Source of the DNA: Candidatus Moraniibacteriota bacterium
GTDB taxonomy: Bacteria > Patescibacteriota > Minisyncoccia > Moranbacterales > UBA2206
DNA length: 54,643 nucleotides
Direction: 5' to 3'
Assembly (NCBI GenBank): GCA_026396175.1
Contig: JAPLXG010000004.1
Span: forward strand, 1 to 54,643
Positions 8,548-17,876 of this stretch are shown piece after piece (the stretch's first letter is position 1; each line of letters begins with the position of its first letter). The notes beneath the pieces were generated by a model that worked only from the letters and a program-made list of their open reading frames with translations, was not told the DNA's origin and made no database searches. A program made the position numbers and the translations under genes.

Positions 8548-9645
8548 TTAATTTCCGCAAGCAGCTCCGGCAGCAGCGCCAGAACCAGCAGGGGCAGTCC
8601 CCTCACCAAATCCTGATGCGGGAGCAGTTGTTGAAAGAGTTGTTGAACATTCTTTTGGAGCAGTTTTGAATCCGGAACAGATTGTTTTGAGAAGACTGGC
8701 TGAATCTCGTCCAGCGGCAGAAGCTTCCGCGCCATTGATCACGAGCGTCGGAGAACCTTTCACGCCATATTTATCATTGTCCGCTTTGTTCACCTCAAAC
8801 ATTGGGAAAGTTCCTTGATAGGTACTCTTGTCCTGGAAATCTTTCGTCACATTAAACTGTTTGTCTGCTTGGGTCATACAACTTGCCACTGTTGCGGCAT
8901 TGACGCCGGCAGATTGCATACAGCTGGTTTCTGTTCCTTTTCCGACCTTAAGAAAGCAGGTCAGATAGGTGCTCAGCTTGGCCGGTTGATTTTTTTGGAT
9001 ACAATATTGTCGCAAGTTTTCATCCAACTCTTTTCGGTCATTAGAAGCGAGGTCATTATGCATCGAGTAGGACACAAATTTCAAAGTATAATTGATCTTT
9101 GCTCCCAAGGCAGTAATGGCCGGGATGATGCCTTTTTCAATTTGCGTTCCATATGGGCAATAACTCATCACAAACAATTCCACCGTTGGTTTGTCGGTTT
9201 TGGGAATATCTGCTTGTTTCGCCGCCGCAGCTTGACTGGCGTCCGGCTTAGCTTTCTGTTCGATCTCGGCGATATCCATCACGCTGGGAAAAAATTTCGT
9301 TCCATCGACTGAAAGGTAGGAGGTGATGGTTTGTTTTTGTGTTCCCTCACCAATTTCCACCGCTACCTTAAACATTCCGTTCTCCTTGGTCACCGAAGCA
9401 ATATTCGCCTTCATTCCGCCTTGCATCAAATTATTGTTGATGAAATCCTCCACTTTCGTCTTCGCCTCAGCCTCACTTAAATTGTGCTTTTTCCAAACTA
9501 ATTTATAGTAAGCAAATCCACCAAGCACAACCACCAACAGCACCGTGGCGATTATTTTTGGCAGATGTTTTTTATACTTCTCGCAACCACACTTGTTTTT
9601 TTCACAACAGTCCGCGTCTTTGGACTCTTTTTTTTCTTCTTCCAT
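8548..9645 (-). CDS. Membrane-anchored thioredoxin-fold (DsbA/GILT-like) protein
   Basis: N-terminal TM, ELFVMSYCPYG, GVKGSPTLVING. Confidence 0.8.
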   Translation of the reverse strand: MEEEKKESKDADCCEKNKCGCEKYKKHLPKIIATVLLVVVLGGFAYYKLVWKKHNLSEAEAKTKVEDFINNNLMQGGMKANIASVTKENGMFKVAVEIGEGTQKQTITSYLSVDGTKFFPSVMDIAEIEQKAKPDASQAAAAKQADIPKTDKPTVELFVMSYCPYGTQIEKGIIPAITALGAKINYTLKFVSYSMHNDLASNDRKELDENLRQYCIQKNQPAKLSTYLTCFLKVGKGTETSCMQSAGVNAATVASCMTQADKQFNVTKDFQDKSTYQGTFPMFEVNKADNDKYGVKGSPTLVINGAEASAAGRDSASLLKTICSGFKTAPKECSTTLSTTAPASGFGEGTAPAGSGAAAGAACGN

Positions 9646-9651
9646 AGTTTA

Positions 9652-9784
9652 TTTATCCCCCACCACTTTTCCGCTTTTTTAAATTATTTTGCAACAGGTT
9701 ACCGCTCGGTCTTATACGCGATAACTCGCTAAATTATTTCTTGCCCGTACATAAGGTGCGAGCGAAAAAGTGGTGGGGGATGAA
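9652..9784. repeat. Family C element (133 bp)
   Basis: Same terminal arms as 7941-8076. Confidence 0.85.
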
Positions 9785-9912
9785 TTAAGTTTGTTATTTA
9801 TTAGTTTTATCGGCTCATTTCCGATACTTTTAGTATTATAAACAATCCGCAAATTTAGTGCAAGTATCCCGCAATGGCAGCTCTTGCCAAAAAATAATGC
9901 TCGTGATGCCAT

Positions 9913-10332
9913 TTAATGCGGCATCTGCGAAACAATCGCTCCCAAAATTTCTTGCCGAACAGCCGCCGCTTGCTCCTCTTTTCCCACATATTTAATTTCT
10001 TTACCCTCTACCGCGTTGGCGACAACGCAAGTCACGTATTTTAGCCGCTCAGCCAAACCATCTTTGCGAGTAGGACTAATCCTTTGCCCAATTTTTTCCA
10101 TTTCCCTGAGAATAGGCCACAGTCCCTGAAGATTGAATTTCTTTTCATCCGTGTAAACAATAACATTTTCCAACCTACTGAAAATATTCCTGACTTCTTC
10201 TTTCAGGGAATCTTCGATTTGTTCTTTGTTTGGAAATTCAATTATCTTCCCATTTCCCTCGCCACGAGACAGCATTTGCTCTCTCTTCGGCATACCGCCA
10301 GGAATAACGGTAAATTTATTTCCTTCGCTCAT
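9913..10332 (-). CDS. Hypothetical protein
   Basis: Open frame in a co-oriented operon. Confidence 0.6.
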   Translation of the reverse strand: MSEGNKFTVIPGGMPKREQMLSRGEGNGKIIEFPNKEQIEDSLKEEVRNIFSRLENVIVYTDEKKFNLQGLWPILREMEKIGQRISPTRKDGLAERLKYVTCVVANAVEGKEIKYVGKEEQAAAVRQEILGAIVSQMPH

Positions 10333-10362
10333 AGATTTATTACTTTTCAAAAAATTATCCAG

Positions 10363-10866
10363 TCAACAGAACAACTCAAAATATCTCTTCATATTCGGCC
10401 CGAATTTCTCTGGCTGTTCCTTGAGTTGCTTTTCTAATTCTTCTGGCGAGATCCAATCCACCCCTTCAACTTCCTCCGCTTGTAATTCAAATTCGCTGAG
10501 CTTTTTATCCGTTGTCATCGTGTACCACTGAAGAAAAAAAGAATCATTATGCTGTCCCATTTTTATCTTGGGCCCCGGTTCTGGCTTGATATTTTCAAGT
10601 CCCAATTCTTCTTTGGCTTCCTTGATGATATTATCCAAATATGACTCGCCCACCTCAACAGTTCCCGCGACAGCCGGGCCCCATGTTCCCGGATGATGAA
10701 ACTTATTGCGATGACGCTTGGCAATTAAAATTTCCCCGCGAGAATTGGTCACCCACAAAGCAGAAACGCGACAGATATCTTGCTTTACCGTAGCACCTCT
10801 CTCTTTGAAGCCAACAACTTCGTCATTTTGATCAACTATGATTATTTTTTGTTTGGCTGGTTCCAT
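10363..10866 (-). CDS. NUDIX hydrolase (IPP isomerase-like)
   Basis: AGTVEVGESYLDNIIKEAKEELG Nudix box. Confidence 0.9.
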   Translation of the reverse strand: MEPAKQKIIIVDQNDEVVGFKERGATVKQDICRVSALWVTNSRGEILIAKRHRNKFHHPGTWGPAVAGTVEVGESYLDNIIKEAKEELGLENIKPEPGPKIKMGQHNDSFFLQWYTMTTDKKLSEFELQAEEVEGVDWISPEELEKQLKEQPEKFGPNMKRYFELFC

Positions 10867-10872
10867 AATTTT

Positions 10873-11286
10873 TTATAAATCTTCTTCCGTCAAAACTTCG
10901 ATGCCATTTTCTTTGAGCAGTTTCGTCGTGATTCCATCACCTTCAATAATATTTCCTGAAAAAGTCCCGTCATAAATTTTCCCGCATCCGCAAGAAGGAC
11001 TCTTTTGTTTCATAATAACACTCTTTATTCCTTTAGCCTTGGCAATCTTCAAAACTTGCTCGGCGCCCTTTTTGAAGCTGGCTGTAACGTCAACCCCGCT
11101 TTTCGTGAAAACTCTATCACCTTTTGGCTCAGTTTGTTCTCGCGGAGTTGAAAAACCGCCCAACTGTTCCGGGCAAACTGGAATCAAAATTTCTTTTTTA
11201 GCCAATTCCAAAACTTTCTCATTAGCTTTGTCGCCGCCATCATAGCGGCATTTTATGCCCAGAAGACATGCACTGCAAAGTTTCAT
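10873..11286 (-). CDS. DUF523 / 2-thiouracil desulfurase family protein
   Basis: SACLLG..CRYDG, VCPEQLGG, KSPSCG. Confidence 0.9.
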   Translation of the reverse strand: MKLCSACLLGIKCRYDGGDKANEKVLELAKKEILIPVCPEQLGGFSTPREQTEPKGDRVFTKSGVDVTASFKKGAEQVLKIAKAKGIKSVIMKQKSPSCGCGKIYDGTFSGNIIEGDGITTKLLKENGIEVLTEEDL

Positions 11287-11786
11287 AGTTTTTTTCTTAT
11301 TGATAGAGCCAACTTGCTTAATTTTTTAAAATCCGCCATTGGACCATCAGCTGAACTCAGGTAGCCTGCATATTTTTTGAAGTAATCAGTTTTTTCACTA
11401 TTGTATCGTTTCCAAATCCCCTTTTTCATGTGTCCCGTTCCGTGCATCGGAATGAGCTTAATGTGCGCATGATCAATTCCAGTGCCTTCCATAATGAGCC
11501 CGACTCGACCAACATCTTTGAAATAGTTTTCTAAGATTTTTGCCACTCTTTTGGCAGCCAAAATAAATTTCAAAAGAGCCTTATCCTCCATTTTCAAAAC
11601 GTCACTGGCGTAATGCTTTTTGGGAATGATCATCGCAAACCCCTCAGTATTAGGAAAAGGAGAAAGCCAAGCCATAAAATCCCTATCCTCCCAAATTAAA
11701 CCATCGCCCAAAGGTTTAATTTTGCCCTTGGCGATTTCACAAAAGATACATCCGCCTGCGTCTGTTTTGGTTTTATAGTTTGCCAT
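11283..11786 (-). CDS. HIT family hydrolase
   Basis: CIFCEI, IPKKH, HAHIKL. Confidence 0.85.
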   Translation of the reverse strand: MANYKTKTDAGGCIFCEIAKGKIKPLGDGLIWEDRDFMAWLSPFPNTEGFAMIIPKKHYASDVLKMEDKALLKFILAAKRVAKILENYFKDVGRVGLIMEGTGIDHAHIKLIPMHGTGHMKKGIWKRYNSEKTDYFKKYAGYLSSADGPMADFKKLSKLALSIRKKL

Positions 11787-11817
11787 AATATTTTCGTGTT
11801 ATCTTACTCATCCCAAA

Positions 11818-12303
11818 TTATTGTATATTGCCATTTATAATATTCAGCCCATACTCAGTAAAAGCCTCACCCCGATGGCTTGCGGTCAAGTCATTTTTAA
11901 CACTAATCTTATAACCCAAATCAAAACCATCATAGGCAGACGCAAGAACACATGCGTCTGTGTCGAAACCGCACAAAGTTAGTTCTGCTATTTTATTTTT
12001 TTTAATATATCTAAGAAAAGATTTTGATTTGAAAATGGAATATGTACTTTTAATAAAAACTGTATCTTTTTTCGTATAGGGTAAAAGATTTTTGCAAATG
12101 TCGGTGTCTGGCGATGAGCACATTTTTTTCCAGCTTAAATTATTCCAAAAACTTGAGCCTTTATTGTTTACAAATTTGGCAAACAAAATATAGTCAAAAT
12201 TAGTTTGCTTTATGTATTTTTCGATTTTCAGAGGCAGCTTTTCCGTGTAGCTATTAATATAGTAGTTTTGGACATCAATAATGAGCAAGGCTTTTTTTGA
12301 CAT
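11818..12303 (-). CDS. Isochorismatase-like cysteine hydrolase
   Basis: ALLIIDVQ, K.TYS, CGFDTDACV. Confidence 0.85.
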   Translation of the reverse strand: MSKKALLIIDVQNYYINSYTEKLPLKIEKYIKQTNFDYILFAKFVNNKGSSFWNNLSWKKMCSSPDTDICKNLLPYTKKDTVFIKSTYSIFKSKSFLRYIKKNKIAELTLCGFDTDACVLASAYDGFDLGYKISVKNDLTASHRGEAFTEYGLNIINGNIQ

Positions 12304-12334
12304 GAGTTTTATTTAGAGTCCATTATTTACTGTC

Positions 12335-12357
12335 GGTTCAAGTCTCTGACTTGAACC
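12335..12357. repeat. Isolated REP-like palindrome
   Basis: GGTTCAAGTC-TCT-GACTTGAACC. Confidence 0.5.
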
Positions 12358-12526
12358 TTTCATTTCTTACCCAACTTTATCATAAACAATAGCTATTTTC
12401 AACGTGTAGCCGGGTTGGCATAAGAATAAAAAAGCCGCGCGGGTTCTGTTGTAAACTCAAAGTTTGCAATCAAAACCACACGCGGCCAAAGGAGTCTGCT
12501 TTTTCAGATTATTTTCTATACATAAG

Positions 12527-13165
12527 CTAATCAGAAAAAATAACCCAGGGATGCTCATCAATCCATACCCAATGTCTTTCCCAATCCCTCAAAGTCATCC
12601 ACGACGATCCCAGGGATGCCAGATGAAGCATCTCCTCTTCTAACGCCCTTATTTTAGCCCAGCGCTCACCACAGTCCGTCGCCGCATCTGTCAGTATTTT
12701 TCTTGCCTTACTTGGAATCTTTCCTTTTTTGGGCGGTTCAATATGAGTGGCGCCGTACCAAGAACAGTGCTCATTAAATGCCAGCCACGTCTGATTTGCC
12801 TCGAAAAGAGCGTGCAGCGATTTATCTCTATCGGTTCTGTCCCCCCAACTAGCATCTCTTTTCAGATACCGATTTACATCACGATACAACATCCAGAGAT
12901 AGCGATCATAGCTTCTGTCAAGAAGCTTAAACACTTCATCTCTGGCACAGGCACGCCTCCTTTTGTCGAACATTATACTGTTAATGTACGCCATCCCTTG
13001 CTCGACGCAGGGATGAGCGTAGCCACCACGATCCTCTGCGATTATTTCCCAAAGATGGGAAAGATCTGCATAGAATTCTGCTTTTTTGGTCATTTCGCGC
13101 AATTTTATCCACGCTACTACGACCACGATACACACGATAATCGCCCAAATTACATGACTGTTCAT
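12527..13165 (-). CDS. Hypothetical protein with an N-terminal TM segment
   Basis: 212-aa frame, AAGGAG upstream, hydrophobic N-terminus. Confidence 0.65.
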   Translation of the reverse strand: MNSHVIWAIIVCIVVVVAWIKLREMTKKAEFYADLSHLWEIIAEDRGGYAHPCVEQGMAYINSIMFDKRRRACARDEVFKLLDRSYDRYLWMLYRDVNRYLKRDASWGDRTDRDKSLHALFEANQTWLAFNEHCSWYGATHIEPPKKGKIPSKARKILTDAATDCGERWAKIRALEEEMLHLASLGSSWMTLRDWERHWVWIDEHPWVIFSD

Positions 13166-13314
13166 GAGGACCTACTCCTTTATTTTGTTTGGGCATAATT
13201 GCCCTAATTTAAGGTGCTATTTATTTCTCAGGCGTTAGGCCCAAGAATACACCGAACGTAGCATAGAAATTCAACCTAATCAAGTTGATAGCTATTTTGA
13301 ATCTTATTTCTTAC

Positions 13315-15414
13315 CTAACTCCTCTGCATCTTCCGCAACTGTGAAATCTCGTCGCGAATAATCGCCGCACGCTCAAATTCCAAGTTTCTGGCGGCGTCTT
13401 TCATTTCTCGTTCGCGCAATTTCACATAGCCCGCAATATCTTCCAGTGTTTCCAGTTGGGAAAAATCTTGCACGATTTTGGGATTGATTTCGTGATCGAC
13501 AATCGAGCTGATTTTTTTCTTGATTGTTTTAGGTGTAATGTGGTGCTTTCTGTTGTATTCCCTCTGCAACTTTCTGCGTCTTTCTGTTTCTGCAATAGCC
13601 CGTGTCATTGAACCGGTCATTTGATCGGCATAGAGAATGACTTGTCCGTGGACGTTTCTGGCCGCGCGACCAATCGTTTGAATGAGCGAAGTTTCACTGC
13701 GCAAAAAGCCTTCTTTGTCAGCGTCAAGAATAGCGACCAATGCTACTTCAGGAAGATCTAAGCCTTCACGCAAAAGATTAACACCAACCAAAACATCAAA
13801 TTCCCCACGCCTAAGTTTTTCCAAAATTCTAACTCTGTCCAAAGTGTCCACACCACTGTGCAAATATTCCGCTTTCACTCCACTCTCTTTCAAAAAATCC
13901 GACAGGTCTTCAGCCATTTTCTTGGTGAGCGTCGTCACCAGCACACGATTTTTTTTGGCAACCGTTTTTTCAATTTCCAGGACGACATCCTTCACCTGAC
14001 CTTTGGCCGAGCGGATAATGATTTCCGGATCAATGAGGCCGGTTGGGCGGATGACTTGTTCAATGATGCCGGTGTATTCTTTGGGCAACGGGGTTTTAGA
14101 CGCAATGAATTGCGTCTCTACCGCATTTTTTATGATAGATTTTTCAATTTCATATTTCCCCGGTGTCGCCGACACAAAAATTGTTTGCGCCATTTTATTT
14201 TCAAATTCTTGGAATTTTAACGGTCGATTATCAAAGGCGCTGGGCAAACGAAAACCATTGTCGATTAAATTTTCTTTTCGTGAATGATCGCCGTTATACA
14301 TTCCGTTCAGTTGAGAAACAGTCACGTGAGATTCATCGATCACGGTCAAGAAGTCTCTGCTGTCTCCAGTATTATGTGAAGCGTTACGGGCGGACCCGCC
14401 CGCAACGCTTCGCGTAGCGATGCGGGCGGGGAAGTAGTCCATCAAGGTGTAGGGTGCTTCGCCGGATTTACGACCGGTTAAATATAGCGAATAATTTTCA
14501 ATGCCATTGCAATAACCAACTTCGCGCATCATTTCCAAGTCTTGCCGCGTCCGACGCCAAATTCGCTCCGCTTCCAAAATCTTTCCTGCATCTCGAAAAT
14601 ACTTTTTTTGATCTTCGAGTTCTTTTTCAATTTTTCCCAGCGCGCTTTCCATGATCGCTTCCGGCACGACAAAGTGCTTGGCCGGATAGATGAACGTCTG
14701 TTCGAGCGTCGCTAGTTTTTCGCCAGTCAAAAAATCATATTCCACAATTTTTTGAATTACATCCCGCTCCAAATCAATCCGCGTCACAATTTCCCGACCC
14801 GGTGTGATGACTTCGAGCGTCGTTCCGGTCAAGCGAAATTTTCCCCGCGCCAAAATATCCGAGCGCGCATATTGCATATCGACGAGAATTCGTGCAATTT
14901 TTTCCCGTTCCATTTTCGCGCCGATTTTCATTTCCAACATCGAATTGCGATAATAATCCGGACTGCCCAAACCATAGATACAAGACACAGACGCGCAAAT
15001 AATCACATCATCGCGACTCATCAACGCCGCCGTGGCGGCGTGGCGCAAACGATCAATCTCTTCATTGATCTGAGATTCTTTTTCGATGTAGGTGTCCGTC
15101 GAAGCAATGTAGGCTTCGGGTTGATAGTAGTCATAGTAGGAAACAAAATATTCCACCGCATTTTTGGGAAAAAAAGTGCGAAATTCTTGTGCCAGTTGCG
15201 CGGCCAAAGTTTTGTTTGGCGCAATGACCAGTGTCGGCTTTTGCACTTTTTCAATTACGTTGGCAATCGTAAAAGTTTTCCCTGACCCAGTCACACCCAA
15301 AAGCGTCTGGCTTTTCTTGCCAGCATTTAGCCCGGCCGTCAGTTGCGCAATCGCATTAGGCTGATCGCCTTCGGGACGAAATTTAGATGAAATTTTGAAT
15401 TTGTTTTCAGACAT
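13315..15414 (-). CDS. uvrB: Excinuclease ABC subunit B
   Basis: GVTGSGKT, YYDYYQPEAY, DESH, NLLREGLD, C-terminal UVR. Confidence 0.98.
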   Translation of the reverse strand: MSENKFKISSKFRPEGDQPNAIAQLTAGLNAGKKSQTLLGVTGSGKTFTIANVIEKVQKPTLVIAPNKTLAAQLAQEFRTFFPKNAVEYFVSYYDYYQPEAYIASTDTYIEKESQINEEIDRLRHAATAALMSRDDVIICASVSCIYGLGSPDYYRNSMLEMKIGAKMEREKIARILVDMQYARSDILARGKFRLTGTTLEVITPGREIVTRIDLERDVIQKIVEYDFLTGEKLATLEQTFIYPAKHFVVPEAIMESALGKIEKELEDQKKYFRDAGKILEAERIWRRTRQDLEMMREVGYCNGIENYSLYLTGRKSGEAPYTLMDYFPARIATRSVAGGSARNASHNTGDSRDFLTVIDESHVTVSQLNGMYNGDHSRKENLIDNGFRLPSAFDNRPLKFQEFENKMAQTIFVSATPGKYEIEKSIIKNAVETQFIASKTPLPKEYTGIIEQVIRPTGLIDPEIIIRSAKGQVKDVVLEIEKTVAKKNRVLVTTLTKKMAEDLSDFLKESGVKAEYLHSGVDTLDRVRILEKLRRGEFDVLVGVNLLREGLDLPEVALVAILDADKEGFLRSETSLIQTIGRAARNVHGQVILYADQMTGSMTRAIAETERRRKLQREYNRKHHITPKTIKKKISSIVDHEINPKIVQDFSQLETLEDIAGYVKLREREMKDAARNLEFERAAIIRDEISQLRKMQRS

Positions 15415-15514
15415 TTGACAATTTAGTTAAATTGTGCTAGTATATGTGGTTCTCTTGGTATTAGTAATATATTAGCACCTTACCATCAATCAATATAGAA
15501 AAGGAGTAAACAAG

Positions 15515-15955
15515 GTGAACAAAAAAACATTTCTTACTTTCCAAGCAAAATATTATGACGCCCTGTGCATAGTTCTAAACTTGCCCATAAATGAGAGTTT
15601 TTCTATTGAGGAACTGGGTTGTAGAAGAGCAGTTATACAAAGCATGTACCGAGACATATCCAAATATAATCTCGGCAAGGGCTTGGCTTTTTTTGGAACA
15701 ATCGCATCTTGGTTTATCCAAATAACCTTAGCAGAAAGTTGGGATTCCAATGCCTCTGATTGTACATGGGAAAATCTTAAGAAAGTCCTAGCTAAGGACG
15801 AAAAATGGACAAGGCTTTATCTGCGCTTTTTTACAATAAATCCCATCCTTGCATTATCCGGATTTAATTTTAAAGATACCGCAGAAGAAAAACTAATTGT
15901 ATCCGAATTAGCATTGATGTGGTATGAGATGCACAAATCTTGCGCCAAAAAATAA
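15515..15955 (+). CDS. Hypothetical protein
   Basis: AAAGGAG before the GTG; 146-aa frame. Confidence 0.6.
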   Translation: MNKKTFLTFQAKYYDALCIVLNLPINESFSIEELGCRRAVIQSMYRDISKYNLGKGLAFFGTIASWFIQITLAESWDSNASDCTWENLKKVLAKDEKWTRLYLRFFTINPILALSGFNFKDTAEEKLIVSELALMWYEMHKSCAKK

Positions 15956-16074
15956 CATGACCAACGACACCTCTTACCACCATCAAGCCAACTCCTTTCA
16001 TCAAGTCAGCATTTTTCCACCCATTGCGGATTCGGAGAGGTGCTGGCTTTTTACTTTGGCTTGGAAAAAAATAA

Positions 16075-16249
16075 TGTCATTCCCGCGGAGGCGGGAATCT
16101 AGTCTCGGAATTATCTTAGAATACCAATTACCAGAACTAAGCCTATTCTACTGAATTCATTCCCTTTACTTTCATTGCTTACCAAAACATATAGCTATTC
16201 CTTTTTTCTTAAGCTTCTACACTGGATCCCCGCCTCCGCGGGGATGACA
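16075..16249. mobile_element. Family A empty element (175 bp)
   Basis: TGTCATTCCCGCGGAGGCGGGAATCTAGT ... ACTGGATCCCCGCCTCCGCGGGGATGACA. Confidence 0.8.
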
Positions 16250-16258
16250 CAAAAAAAA

Positions 16259-17299
16259 CTAAAGATATTTCTCCAACCCCCGCACCTTTATCTCTTTAAC
16301 TAAACTAGAAATCCTAACCACATCATCCTTGTGCACAACCACGATGGCGTCTTTGGTATTGACGACCACCATACCTTTGAGGCCGACTGTCGTCACTATT
16401 TTTCCTGGTTCAAAATTATAGACCAAACTATCCTTTGTTTCAAAGTCCACCACATGGCCTTTGGTCACATTCGAATCACTACTTTTTTCCAGTGCTTCTT
16501 TCAGCGCATAGAGTGTGCCAGGATCACTCCAACCCATATTGGTTTTGAGGATGACAGCGCTCGAAAGATCAACTTTTTCGATGATGGCGTTGTCAAAAGA
16601 CAGTTTTTCGCACGTTTCATATTTTCCCTTGGTCACACATTTGAAAATTTCCGGTGCTAGTTTTTTGTAGCAATCATGCAAAAATTCCACAGAAGTGATG
16701 AAGTAGCCAGGGTTCCAATAATATTCGCCTGATTTAAACATCTGATCGCAAAGCGCTTTTTCCGGTTTATACTTCCAGCCTTCAAAACCAAAATAATCGC
16801 GCTTCCCAATCTCCCCCTTTTGATCTCCCACTTTCATCCAGCCCAAATTATTATTAGCAAAGCGCGGACGCTCAGCAATGAACACAAAACGATCGGATTT
16901 TTGCTCAATCAATTTTTCACCCGCTTTCAGGGCTTTCGTAAATTCGCCAACCCGATCCATTAAATGATCTGCCCAAACAATTGCCATCGGGCCACTGTGA
17001 CCCATTTTGACCAATTGATTAACGGCAAAGCAAACGGCCGGACCATTATCCCTTCGGGCCGGTTCAAGAAAAATATTGCCTTTTGGCAAACCGGGAAGTT
17101 GTTTGCGAATCATTTTCTGATAGGCCGGCATGGTTTGGATAAAAATATTTTTCGCGCCAAAAGCGGGGGCCACTCGATCATAGGCTAATTGCAAAGTGGA
17201 TTTCCCATTAAAAATCTTATCAAACTGCTTGGGAGAATTTTCCCGAGACAGTGGCCACATTCTTGTTCCGACTCCTCCGGCGGAGATAACTATTTTCAT
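16259..17299 (-). CDS. manC: Mannose-1-phosphate guanylyltransferase
   Basis: AGGVGTRMWPLSRENSPKQF, EPARRDNGPA, GWSDPG. Confidence 0.88.
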   Translation of the reverse strand: MKIVISAGGVGTRMWPLSRENSPKQFDKIFNGKSTLQLAYDRVAPAFGAKNIFIQTMPAYQKMIRKQLPGLPKGNIFLEPARRDNGPAVCFAVNQLVKMGHSGPMAIVWADHLMDRVGEFTKALKAGEKLIEQKSDRFVFIAERPRFANNNLGWMKVGDQKGEIGKRDYFGFEGWKYKPEKALCDQMFKSGEYYWNPGYFITSVEFLHDCYKKLAPEIFKCVTKGKYETCEKLSFDNAIIEKVDLSSAVILKTNMGWSDPGTLYALKEALEKSSDSNVTKGHVVDFETKDSLVYNFEPGKIVTTVGLKGMVVVNTKDAIVVVHKDDVVRISSLVKEIKVRGLEKYL

Positions 17300-17305
17300 A
17301 GTGTT

Positions 17306-17440
17306 TTTATCCCCCACCACTTTCTTGCTTATTATAATGCTCTATTCCATAAACTACTCCCGTGTGCTTATGAAATATGGCACCAACTCAACATTTCTAA
17401 TCACGCATAAAATGCGAGCAAAAAAGTGGTGGGGTATGAA
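17306..17440. repeat. Family C element (135 bp)
   Basis: Same terminal arms. Confidence 0.85.
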
Positions 17441-17640
17441 TTATCTATTTATGCTACCCTCTAATTAAACCACACCACCCAAAAAAACGAAAGGCAGTCG
17501 TTTTTATCCCGCGCTATTTTGGCTATCCCAAGCCAAAAAATGGCTAGAAATAGCCAAATTGCCCTTGACGAAAGAATAGCGCTGTGCTAATCTCAAATGA
17601 GTTATTGGACAGAATTTTTAATCTTTTTGAATTTAAAAAA

Positions 17641-17871
17641 ATGCTAAAAATAATCAACATTGTGGAAATCGTGATCGCCATCGCGCTTATTGTTTCCATT
17701 CTTTTGCAAAACAGAGGCGCGGGACTTTCCGGAACATTCGGCGGCGGATTTGGAGGATACTACACACGACGCGGCTTTGAAAGCTTCCTGGTTTATTTTT
17801 CCATTTTTCTCTCCACCGCTTTTGTCATCTTAGCTATTATTAATTTGATTTTGTCTAACAAGTTAAATTAA
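17641..17871 (+). CDS. secG: Preprotein translocase subunit SecG
   Basis: ILLQNRGAGLSGTFGG...TRRGFE, two TM segments. Confidence 0.9.
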   Translation: MLKIINIVEIVIAIALIVSILLQNRGAGLSGTFGGGFGGYYTRRGFESFLVYFSIFLSTAFVILAIINLILSNKLN

Positions 17872-17876
17872 AATAT

